Assembly: GCA_016748015.1 (NCBI GenBank)
Contig: JAAOMT010000629.1
Coordinates: 1-11,651, forward strand
Source of the DNA: Geosiphon pyriformis uo1
Taxonomy: Eukaryota; Fungi; Glomeromycota
Direction: 5' to 3'
Length of the DNA: 11,651 nucleotides
A program made the translations under genes and the position numbers. This document shows, piece by piece, positions 1 to 10,284 of this stretch; positions within the stretch are counted from its first letter, which is position 1; the number at the start of each line of letters is the position of its first letter. The notes under the pieces were generated by a model, which did no database searches, was not told where the DNA came from, and worked only from the letters and a program-made list of their open reading frames with translations.

Positions 1-790
1 CAGTCGAGACGGATTCTCACCAAATGATTTTCATCGGTTATGTGATAACAAAGGAGCAACAGTTACTGTAATCAAAGTCAAAGGGACTGGTCAATTGATT
101 GGCGGCTATAACCCAGAATCTTGGCATTCTCGTGGCGAATTGATAGATGGAGAGGGAAATTTTATTTTTTCCCTTGGAGATGGCAAAGCTCAAAATGCCA
201 AACTTAGCAAGTTTATTAGCAAAAATGGACCTTTTTGTCATAAAGAGTTCGGACCCCAATTTGGCAATTTTAGTATTCGAACCCTGAGCAGTAATTTTCA
301 ATCTATTCCATGCAGTTGTAAAAAGGAAACAAGATATGAGCACGTTATAATGCCTGGGTCAGAAAATGCAATAGTAGAATTTTTTTTTGATGAGTATGAA
401 GTTTTTCAAATTATCAAAAATTAAATCACTTTATAAGATTTTTTAAAGGTTAGGCTAAATAAGGGTCCTAATTTGACATTTGTACCTACATAGTTTTTTA
501 TAGCTTATTGCTCTAAGCCTTCCAAGAAAGTGAAATCAAATCTTATTTTAAAACCAATACATCCTGAACCCTTTTTTTTAGGAAATATTTTCTTGAAACT
601 TATAAAAGAATTGCTCATATTAAATGATTTTAATAAAGAGAAATCTTTTGAAGTTTAGATTTTATCCATAAGAGCCAGGAACAATCGAAATATATATGAG
701 AAAAGCTAATTTATTAGGGAACTCCATAAATTCTAAGGGACGATTATCTAAGGTCGAGAGTAAACTAAAGCCATGCGAAACAAAAACATA
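1..790 (+). repeat. Inverted repeat arm A (pairs with about 10350-11100)
   Basis: Manual alignment: 1-332 is identical to revcomp 11100-10769. Mismatches occur at 333, 334, 337, 352, 368, 372, 412 and 420. Gapped similarity continues in the 3' flank (e.g. TTTTTAAAGGTTAGGCTAAATA vs TTTTTAAAGCTTTGGCTAAATA; CAATACATCCTGAA vs CAATACATTCTGAA; AAGAATTGCTCATATTA vs AAGAATTGCTTACATTA). The inner boundary is approximate. Confidence 0.92.
2..424 (+). CDS. 3' part of a TLDc-domain protein gene (copy A of the BACK-TLDc paralogue pair), 5'-truncated by the window edge
   Basis: The frame is open from base 2 (SRDGFSPNDFHRLCDNKGATVTVIKVKGTGQLIGGYNP...NFIFSL...FGPQFG...DEYEVFQI*), with typical TLDc motifs. 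It is the reverse complement of 10677-11099. The ORF-track start at 95 (TTG) is not the true start. Confidence 0.93.
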   Translation, partial: SRDGFSPNDFHRLCDNKGATVTVIKVKGTGQLIGGYNPESWHSRGELIDGEGNFIFSLGDGKAQNAKLSKFISKNGPFCHKEFGPQFGNFSIRTLSSNFQSIPCSCKKETRYEHVIMPGSENAIVEFFFDEYEVFQIIKN

Positions 791-2730
791 AACACTTAAT
801 ATTCTTTTTATACAGTTAGCCGAATAGCATTAGAATATAATTCTTAAATACATAATATTTAAGTTATCGAAACCGATCAGTCTTGAGTAAGATCAAACAG
901 TAAAAATGCTAAAAGTTAAAGAGATCTAAAATTGGAATAATAACTAAAAAATTTAGAATATTAAAAAAAAGATGCATATAATTTAGAGATTTTAATAAAC
1001 TATTTATTAATTATAATACAAAGTTAATTATTTTTTAAAGATATTAGGTAATATAAAGTTATTTTATAAAAATTATCATTAATTTCAGAACAAATAATGT
1101 TATTTAATTTCAATGATATCTAAAAATATTAATTTTCTTGTGCTTTTTCTCAGAAATTAAAACATTTATAATTTTTATTATAGAATAATTTTATTTTATA
1201 AAATAAAAAGTGGTATTATCTGTATTAATCAATTAAAATATTAGTAAAATGAAATTTTTCTGTTTGTGTTGTAGTCAAAGTTTTGAAATTCTCAACTAGT
1301 TACAAAAGTTGTAGCTTTCGAATAAAAAAGCAGTTCCAATGATATCTTTTAATTCAGTGAAACTCAAATCGTTCTTTTAAAAAACCAATGGAAATACTTC
1401 AATAAAAAATTTATCAGTTTTTGCCAAGCATTTTATGAATTTCAATTTGAGTTAATAAAATATAGTTTGCTTTTATTTGAAAAGGTGGATATTAATTTTC
1501 TGTTGTAATTTATTGTATTAAGGTCAAAGTTTAAGAATAGTAATTTTTGTTGTAAAAAATAAATTCCACTTCAAACAATAATGAATAAGAATATTTCCAG
1601 TTAAATTTTAATTTATTGGCTACTTAACTGGCTGACATATTTAATGAATCAAGAAATTAAATAAAGTTAAATAAAATTTGAGAAATTTATTCTGAATTAT
1701 TATTTACATAAAAATGTCAAGCTTTAGTAAAGAAATGAGATGCCAAAATTTATTACATTTGTAAAATAAGAGAATATCAAATGCAAAAAAAATACATAAT
1801 CAAATACATATTTTATTGTACATTCAAATGTAATCTCAAAAAACCAACAGTAAAATATATTGATGCAAATAAATGGTCAAAAAAATTTCAGAGAATATAA
1901 TCTGAGTAATAAAGCATAATAAATTCTAAATAAATATCGACCTATTTAATATCAAATATTAAATACAAACAATATTTTTTTCCCATTTTTTTAAAAAAAA
2001 AAAACTCAACCCCATGGAGAATTTTATCAATTTATAAATATCTTTTAAACAAGAGGTTCTCGCACATAAAAAGGCACTTGGAGGAAATATTCTTGATTCA
2101 GTCTTTCTCAAATCTTCTGAACTTCTAATTAAAATTTCATTATCAATCTATATCCAGAGTCGTTTTTTTGAGAGTTGCTCTGGCGATGGATTTAGTTTTA
2201 TGATTTTTATTTCTCTCAGGTAACTACAAGAGTTTCATTTTTACTTCAAACTGTTCACAAAATTTACACAATTTCTCTAGAGAGCAGATTTGAAGGTTAT
2301 TAATAAAAAAATTATAAATAATATGCGTTTCATATTTAACAGTCCCAAGAAACGAAATTCACAAATTCTATGAATCCCCTCCTCAACTTTGGACTTAGAA
2401 CCATATCTACCAATTTTAAAGTTAAAAATCACAGTTTGAATAATTTTAGTTGTCATGTGTGTTAAATTTAAGCATTTTCACTGAGGGCTTCATTTATTAA
2501 GAAACAATTTCTTTACAAATTAAAATGATCCAAGCATATACAAACGCTAAAAATAGGCTTTAAAATTAATTTAACTAAAAAATAAAAGAAAAAATTTCTC
2601 TAGATGGCAAAGATGAAAAGAACCATTTCTCTTTTCTTACATAATCTTTATGATTTTAGTCTGAAAAGGTTATATCTATTAAATTAAATAGCTTACATAT
2701 TTTTGAAATCTATACAATCCCATATCAATT

Positions 2731-4819
2731 CTAAGAATCTTTTATCGTCTCCCCTTTCTCTTCAACTGCGTATTCCTCATTATCATAATCACCAAACAGA
2801 CAAATGATAGCAATTCCCGCAGAAAATACCGCCACTGAGAGGATGAAGTAAATATAGATACAGTATGGATCTTTGGATAGTGGAACAAGGAAGAAGCCAA
2901 GAATTGAACCAGTTCCCGACATTGCCAAAAATAGCCCAGTTATCACAGATTTCATTGATGTTGGTGCCTAGAATAAAAAATGATTTCACCATTTGTAATT
3001 AGAATTGACTATTATAAAATCTTAATAATTGACTTTACCTTTTGGTAGGCATATTCTGTACAAGTGATATAAACAAATGCTAATTGATTAATTAAAAAAA
3101 AAAATAGAATATTAGTTTAGATAAAGTTGGATTAGGGCTACTAAAATTGACCATCAAAAAAACTTGAAGCTTACCTTCGGATATGCCCGAAAGAACATAT
3201 GTAGGGATTTGATACCATATGCTGATGTTGTTAGGGACTTGGACTCCGTCAACAATGCAACGGGTATTCTGGTAACAAGGTCCGGTATTATAAATTTTCC
3301 ATTGAACAAAAGTGGTATAACCCATTGAAACAGCAGCAAACATAAATCCAATAAATATCCTTGTAACCGGTCTCAATATTATTCCTTTTCGTCTCAAAAT
3401 TGGATAAAAACCTTTGTCGAGGATTGGAATTAAGATGAGCACCGTAACCGGATCAAACTGACTCATAACATCATTTGGAATAAACCCGGTTTGCATCGTA
3501 GCACCTTGTGAAACAAGGTTCGTATGCAGTTGATTATAGCAGAGCGAGAAAAGCGGCACGAAAATAAACACCTTGCAAGCTTGGATGGTTGACCTGAGCT
3601 CATCAACAATTTTATCATTCCAAGTCACATCATATTTATCTAATTGGGATGAGCACATTTTGGAAGGTTTTGCCCGATCAAGGTTTCGACCGTTCGTAAT
3701 TGCGATTTTGAAGATTTTAACTGCGTCAACTAAAACAGTTCCTTCTGGGGGAGTTTGAATATAGCTTCGTCTTCCAAGATAGAAAAGCGAAAGAGCGATT
3801 ACAAACATACCCATAGGTATAGAAAAAGCTAGCCAAAAGGAATGATGCTTTTCAATATTTGTTGTTACTATAGGTGACAGTGACCCAATATTGATAGCAA
3901 GGTAAAACCAATGGAAAATTGATTGGATTGTGAACCTTGGATCAACCACTACTTTTTCGCCTGTTTTCAATGTTTTTATATATGGTTCTTTCTGAGAGTA
4001 TTGGTCGGCTACCATGGCAGACACGTTTGATTTTATCCCACCCGTTCCAAATCCTATTACTACCATCGCTATCAACAAGCCAGGCAATGAAACATGTGCT
4101 TCTATTGCTGCCGGAATGGATGTGGTAATCAAAATGGAAAGTCCAAACATATATAGGAAACTAAATACTATAATCGTTCGATATTTCCCAAGATATTTGT
4201 CGGCAACGAATGCACCAAAAATCGGAGTGAAATAACATAAGAAATTGAAAAAGAATGCTAATGCTGTAGCTGTTTTCTGTCCTTGACCTAAGGCTCCAGG
4301 TTGAGAACCCCTTTCTTTAGGAGGGGGAAATTGTATGTAATTTTGAAAGGGACCCGAGACTCCATAGAATGTAAAACGTTCGCAAAATTCACATAAGACG
4401 ATAAGCCAGGCAGCTGAAAGAATGAAATGCCGATTGAAAAACTATACTTTCATGAGCAAGTTGTTAAATCAAATATCTGTAATAAAAATAAATTACCAGC
4501 TGGAATGCTATCTGAAACTCTTCTTAATCCAAGGAATTCATTTTGATTTCCCTTTAATTCACCATTATCGATTATTTTTTCCCTTTTCAAATCCCCAGAT
4601 TCAATATCACTCATTTCAATTTGCGTATCTTCGATGATATTGTCCGCGAACCTTTTTTTTCACTAAAATTTTTAATAGGTTTATAAGGAGTAAATGTGCA
4701 TTCCAAAAACTATCGGATTCAAACCTGTTTATTTCATCAATTTCTCTACTCAAGATAGGAGAGTAACCCCATAATTTAACTGGCTTCCAAATATTATGCC
4801 AAAATTTTTTTTTAATCAT
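2731..4819 (-). CDS. PTR2: Proton-dependent oligopeptide transporter (POT/PTR2 family, MFS). Proposed exons 4819-4725, 4651-4497, 4413-3175, 3079-3039, 2967-2731 give 588 aa; alternative start at ATG 4614
   Basis: The spliced translation contains LRRVSDSIP, the ExxERFxYY-type motif EFCERFTFYG, the PTR2 signature GAFVADKYLGKYRTI, GFGTGGIKSNVS, FYLAINIGSL, SIWYQIPTYVLSGISE and EYAYQKAPTSMKS. Introns 4496-4414, 3174-3080 and 3038-2968 are GT..AG and phase-compatible. Exon 1 and intron 4724-4652 (GTTTGA..AAG) are less certain. Confidence 0.95.
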
Positions 4820-6165
4820 TTGTTTATAAATCTATCTCTTGATTCGTTTTCAAAGAGTATGTCGAGTAGGTAAAACAAACAACTCGATTCAGGATCTTTT
4901 ATTTCTCAAACAGATTCGAAATATTTTTGCCCAGAGTTTCAAAGGGAAGAAAGTGGCACTGATAGTGATTTTAGGTCATTGATAACTGGCTAAATTTGGT
5001 TGATTACCAATTCTAGCTATCGTAGTAGAGATCATCATTGGGTTCAGACAAATATGGAAAATTCATTTAATATGAAATTTCATGTTTTATACTTTCACTT
5101 ATTTGGATACAAAAACTTCAATATTGATAATTTTGAATTTGAAATCAGGAATTCTATATTGGTTTCAGAACCATATTTTAAATATCCCGCTAAATTTGTT
5201 TATACAATTTCTGACGATCCACCAATTTATAATCTATCAATTTTCCTATAATATTCACAGATTTAGACTGTTAAAGTTAATTAATCAAAAGTTTCTAATT
5301 TTTAAATAATTTTAATCACTTTTTTGATTTTTTTCAGAACTTAAATAGGTTTAAATTGCTAAAGAAAACTCAGTATATTGTGTTAAAAAGAAAACTCCTT
5401 TTCAAAATTATTATACGCATTATTAGTTAACTTGTGCACAAGGGGCAATTTAACATTTTTTATTTGGTAATTTGAACATACGATAGATGAAACTTTTGAG
5501 CACGTTGAAAATTTGTGTAGTCAATAATAAATCATAGTTAAATTTAAATTCACCGAAAGAAAATTTTATTAAATTTGTTATTTTGAGATTAAGACCATAA
5601 CAATCAATTATTAAACTATTTTCGGAACTTAAGAGTATATAAAGTTATCTTTTGAATAACCCTAAAGTAAAATTCTTACTTTAATACACCATCTTAACTA
5701 TAATTTTATGAGTAATTTTATTTTTATTCAAGATAATTCTTCACTCAAAAGCTTTCTCAATTTTCCAATGCTATTCTCGTTTTTGTATCTGAATGAAAAA
5801 TTTAATTTAAGTGATTCATTGAATATTTAATCTGGGAACAAGTGTAATAAATAAAATTATATATACATAAAATAAGTTCAAAGTTAAGCATTTTCAAAGA
5901 ATATTAAGATAGACACATCTAATAGATGGCCTTCCAGATTCTCATTTAGTAGGCGTCTAATAAATAACTTTATGATCAACAAATAGTGGACTAGTGACTA
6001 TTAGATGCATATAGTTGCAAAGGTATCCCACAATTTAAATCGATAAAAGTACTTTTATTTTTTTTGGCCTTTTCTCCTGCTCACAGGCACCTTGAGTCGG
6101 CAAACATGTGTTCTACTGAATTTTTTGAGGTCCCTACAATTCATCCAAATATTCATTTTTTGTGT

Positions 6166-7170
6166 TTACTTTCCAGTGAAATAAGTGAACCCTCCCCACC
6201 TTAATGAAGGTTTGTTTTCTAAATATGAATCGTCTGGTTTTATTTCAGAATTATTTGATAATAAGGTATCATCAAATTCTGATATTTGATATGATTCACT
6301 TAGAGGATCTCTATATTCGATCTCTGGAGGATTTTTATTTGTTACAAATATTCGTTCATTAACTCCATTACTTTTTATTGAATAAGGGCCAAAATAGCTA
6401 GGTGGATATAAGTTACAGGCCAAAGTCCAAAACTTATTGGGTAGGGAATGGCAACTTGTTCGAAGGAAATCATGTTATTTGATTTCAACGCGGTAAAAAA
6501 AGGTGTAGAACAGCTAAGGGCTGTTTAGGATTGATGCGTTGATATACACGAGAGATATGTGGCTTTTTTATAATCTTTAATATGAAATGAAGTTGATAAG
6601 TCAATCATTTTGTTCTCATTTGACTGAGCAATTAGCATTTGTTGAATTGTAAACTCTAGCGCTTTTGTCTTCGGGACATCTTTGTCGACCGTCTCTGCTT
6701 CCCAAAAGTAAGCAGAGATTGCTCCAAATCCGTCAATTAATTGTGGGGAAGAGTTTAATAGATTATGATATAACTTTTCATTTTTGCCGTCCACAAATAT
6801 TGTTGCGCGAATTAGATTTTTCAGACTAGCTCAAAAAGCCGAAATACTTATATTAAATTGAGCCCTAATATATGGTACTTGAGCAAAATAAAACAGCTCA
6901 CTAGAGGAAGAAGTCACATTATATCAATTATTGGGAATTAAATAATTCAGAGAATTCAGAGACAATCAAAACAGACCTTTCTTTTTGCTTTTATTCCAAA
7001 TTGTAAAATTTGTAAGATAAGCCAGTAGTGGGTATAAATCAAAAAAAAATTGGGAAGGTCACTTCAATGATCCAATATTATAAAAAAAATTTCTGAAGTT
7101 TAACATTGTCTCTATATTCTGTTAGGGCCACGTTATTCACCATTATTTCAACGGAGAAACATTTTAATAA
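6166..7170 (-). pseudogene. Degraded gene for an uncharacterised fungal protein (DUF7918-like motif order)
   Basis: Minus-strand fragments appear in order: CFSVEIMVNNVALTEY (7161-7114); FYFAQVPYIRAQFNISISAF*ASLKNLIRATIFVDGK (in-frame TGA 6833-6831); GFGAISAYFWEAE; PKQPLAVLHLF/YR (6520-6489, with a +1 shift in a 7-nt homopolymer at 6495-6501). There is another frame change near 6564-6569 and a TAA at 6477-6475. The family assignment rests on remembered motif resemblance only. Confidence 0.6.
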
Positions 7171-7630
7171 TTGTTCCCTTGATTATTGAAATTCTAGTAA
7201 TCTGAATGACCTTTGTATTTCCAAATATTTGAAAAAGCACGGAGGATTGTTCATAAAAACACAAGAAAATAATTGTTGTGGGAAATTATGGCCCATTTAA
7301 ATTTGATAAAAAAATATATTAATTTGCCCTGCAAAACAGCGAAAATTTTTAATGTGTTAATGAGCATAACACACAAGTATTACATTACTGCAAAACTGAA
7401 GTAAATTTATTTATACCCTAAATTCACCCTCTGAAAATCAGGATATTTTCAGAAAATCCCGTTGAAAAAAGCAGAAAACTATTTTTAACAATTAATCTGG
7501 GCGCAGTCTCTATGAAACAACAAAAATGCAAGCCACGAAAATTTCAAAAAATGAAACAAAATGGAAGAAGTGTGTATATATTGTGGCTTGTGTTTATTTA
7601 CATTATATGTTACGCAATTATACATATATA

Positions 7631-7664
7631 GTTCATCATAGTTCATCATACATCATACTTCATA
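7631..7664 (+). repeat. Short tandem repeat (GTTCATCATA x2 followed by CATCATA and CTTCATA)
   Basis: Directly visible; it lies just upstream of a GTAAGT donor-like site at 7669. Confidence 0.7.
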
Positions 7665-7782
7665 CCACGTAAGTATATGTATAACAATCTTGAAAACTTT
7701 ATTTCTAATCTACTGATAAATTGATCAGTCAAAACTCCTGATACATTGATACTTGGCATTTGAAGCTACCTCAAAAAAAAAA

Positions 7783-8240
7783 ATGCGATTAAAAGGTATA
7801 GTTGTAACGATATGGATTTTTTAAAAAATCTTGCAAAGGAAAATTCGATCACTTTATTTTCTCAAGTAAAATTTTAAAAAAGTATTCAATAGCGCGGTTT
7901 AAATTACTTGTTATTTGATTTTCATCTTTTAAATAACTTTGTGCTAATTTTTGATGCATCAGATCTCTTGAAAATGCCAGCTGATAACAGCTTAATCGCA
8001 TGGTTTCAACAAAGCATCGAAACTTTAAGTTTTTTCTACGAGATTATAAAATCATTCGCTGTGTTAGCCATGGCTCCATTTTTTAATATTTGGGAAAAGT
8101 ATAAACAACAATGTTTTGGAACAAAGGAAAATGGTACTTCTGCAACTATTAAAGCTCATGAGTTGGAGTTGCAGTTGGAGAGTTGTTTCGATGATCACCC
8201 AAATCATAAGGATTTTGTAGAGAAATCGAAGAATGTTTGA
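7783..8240 (+). CDS. Candidate small orphan protein (96 aa as exons 7783-7795 + 7963-8240, or 88 aa from ATG 7974)
   Basis: ATG CGA TTA AAA G|GTATAG ... GCTAAT branch-like site ... CAG|AT CTC TTG AAA ATG joins in frame with the 7908-8240 ORF. The product has a mildly hydrophobic segment (FFYEIIKSFAVLAMAPFF). No recognisable domain. Confidence 0.4.
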
Positions 8241-8799
8241 TTTGATAAGGTGGTGTAATTGTAAGTTTATTTGATTAATTTTTTGTGTACAAAGCCCCTT
8301 TTTCAGCTTTGAACTTGGTTAACGTCAAGTTGAGATATTGAAAGTTGACATTTCAGTTGTATTAAATGTGCAATTTTTCCAAAAGTATGTGAATTTGGGT
8401 AAGAATGAGATAATAATTTACATTCTTTAATTTTTTTGTATAACTTTAGTAGGCCGATTTAGCTCAAAAAAAAACAAAATGTTTTTATTCTTGGTCATTG
8501 TTTCTGAGACTGGAATACTCAACTCCCAAGAAATTTTTTATGAATACAAAAATCCTTTATTTTCTTTTCTCCAGGAATCTTTCCTTGGTTGACTTAATAC
8601 TGAGGTTTTCAGGCTCAATATTTTTAGGAAATAACTCTCAGTTTATTATAAACTTATTAATTAGAATAATTCATTTTTACCAGATTAACCCAAATAAGCA
8701 AAACTTTGATTTTCTATTCGTGATAAAACCGTGAAGAAACACAAATTTCCTCGTCATTTTTTAAGAAATTTTTATAGCCATCAGAGATCAATTGTCGAT

Positions 8800-9660
8800 T
8801 ATTTTTATTAGCGTTTAATTAATAATAATATTATCAATTATTATTATTTATAATAATTGATGATAGTTGGTGACTAATTTTGTTACATAAATTATTATTA
8901 ATTATTATTCTTATTAAATTTTTATCAATATTCATTCATTCATATTTATTATTTAAATATTCTATATTAAATTATATAATTTTTATATTTAAATTTTAAT
9001 TATTATTTTCAATTTTTAAACCAAAAAATCAATTTATTGTTAATTCAAATTTTCTTTTTATTATTAATTTTGCTAAATTATTTAATAAATTACTACTGAA
9101 ACTTTATTTTATATACTGGTTTTTGTTATAACCTATTTTCTGAAATATATGAATTAAAAATAAAACTATATTTTTAAATTATGTTTTTGATTATTTAACA
9201 ATATTTTCTTAAAAACTATATCACTTTATAAATTTTTTTTAAATTAATCTAAAAACAAAAAATTTTTTTTTAACAATTAAATAAAAATAAACCATTTGTT
9301 TTATTTATTTATTTTTAGCAATTATATGTAAAATTATAATTTTATTATTTATGTTTGTTATATATTTTGAATATTTTTTAAAGTTAACAAATAATAATTA
9401 ATAATTAATAATTAATAATTAATAAACGATTAAATATAGTAAATTATTTAATGAAAAATTAATAATTAATATTAATTTCTTAATTAACAAAAAAAACTTA
9501 AAAGTACAAAATTAGTTATAGAACTAATATAATTTTATAATTTAACAACAATTTTAAATAAATTAATTTTATTCTTCTTTATAAATTTTTAACTATATCT
9601 ATTTTTTAAATTAAATCTAAAAATTATATTTTTCAAAATCAGTAATTTTCAATTAACGTT
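8800..9660. other. Extremely AT-rich low-complexity tract
   Basis: G and C are very scarce by eye (roughly 90% A+T, not computed). No ORFs; abundant AAT/ATT runs. Confidence 0.8.
9393..9425 (+). repeat. Tandem heptamer (AATAATT)x4 plus a partial copy
   Basis: Directly visible in the sequence. Confidence 0.8.
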
Positions 9661-10158
9661 TCCAATGTTATTCAAATGATTGTATAAAAAAAAATAGTTT
9701 TGGACATGTTACAATAACTTCACGATAAAATTTGTAAGGTTTGTAAGAAAAAGTTTTATTTAAGCAATGTTTTTGACTTACTTACAAGTTTTAAGAAATC
9801 TTCAACAAAAAATATACTAACTATAAAAATAAGTGAAATTTTATTTTTATTTTCAATTATGTGTTTTTATGTTTGGATTTAAAGCAATAGACTATAAGTA
9901 ACTCTATCGTTGCTAATTTTTAAAATAAAGAGTCATTTGATAGAAAGTTTAATAATATCAAATTAACTATATAAAAGTCAATTTATGTTTTTCTGATTTG
10001 AAAAACTTTACATTTTCTTGACAAAGAAGTGGATTGATTTAATTTCCAATACAAGCATTATAACATGTTGATAAATTCATCATTTTGACAACTTGGATAT
10101 AATGCATTGGATTCGTTTATTGTTTCGTTTTTAATGCTTCTTCTAAGTGGTTTTCTAA

Positions 10159-10284
10159 TCACTTAAACAATAGACTCTCAGCGCTAAACTTTGCATCATA
10201 CATATTGGCATTTGGGCGATTCAATAGATTGGGATCCAAACACTTTGTGATAAGCCTAGCAATACAAGGTGGAATAGGGGAGAT
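10159..10284 (-). pseudogene. Relic of a tyrosine-kinase-like (TKL) protein kinase C-lobe end (subdomain XI)
   Basis: The minus strand reads ISPIPPCIARLITKCLDPNLLNRPNANMYDAKFSAESLLFK*, which matches the P-x-C..LI.KCW..NP..RP.A pattern. It is bounded by in-frame stops and no HRD/DFG motifs were seen nearby. Confidence 0.6.

Noticed and set aside
38-343. 101-aa ORF on the - strand and its twin at 10758-11063 (+)
   Set aside because: Antisense shadows of the TLDc coding sequence; their duplication simply reflects the inverted repeat.
332-421. Diversity-generating retroelement TR/VR pair
   Set aside because: The mismatches are not adenine-specific in either copy (two are T/C, and A occurs on both sides). 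Both copies are coding, and no reverse transcriptase is present.
3092-3174. C-terminal GKLQVFL...FYFFF tail of the 352-aa ORF
   Set aside because: Read-through into the intron that begins GTAAGC at 3174.
2789-4637. ORFs 2789-2992, 3154-3351, 3573-3758, 3937-4128, 4014-4235 and 4422-4637
   Set aside because: Alternative-frame or antisense overlaps of PTR2 exons with no independent support.
5000-5309. ORFs 5000-5251 and 5082-5309
   Set aside because: AT-biased F/I/N/K-rich chance ORFs in the region upstream of PTR2, with no motifs.
5916-5998. Palindrome CATCTA-A-TAGATG and a nearby CTAGT as a Helitron 3' end
   Set aside because: The stem is short, AT-rich and too far from the CTAG, and no other Helitron features are present.
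8498-8734. 78-aa ORF
   Set aside because: Non-ATG start, low-complexity composition and no recognisable domain.
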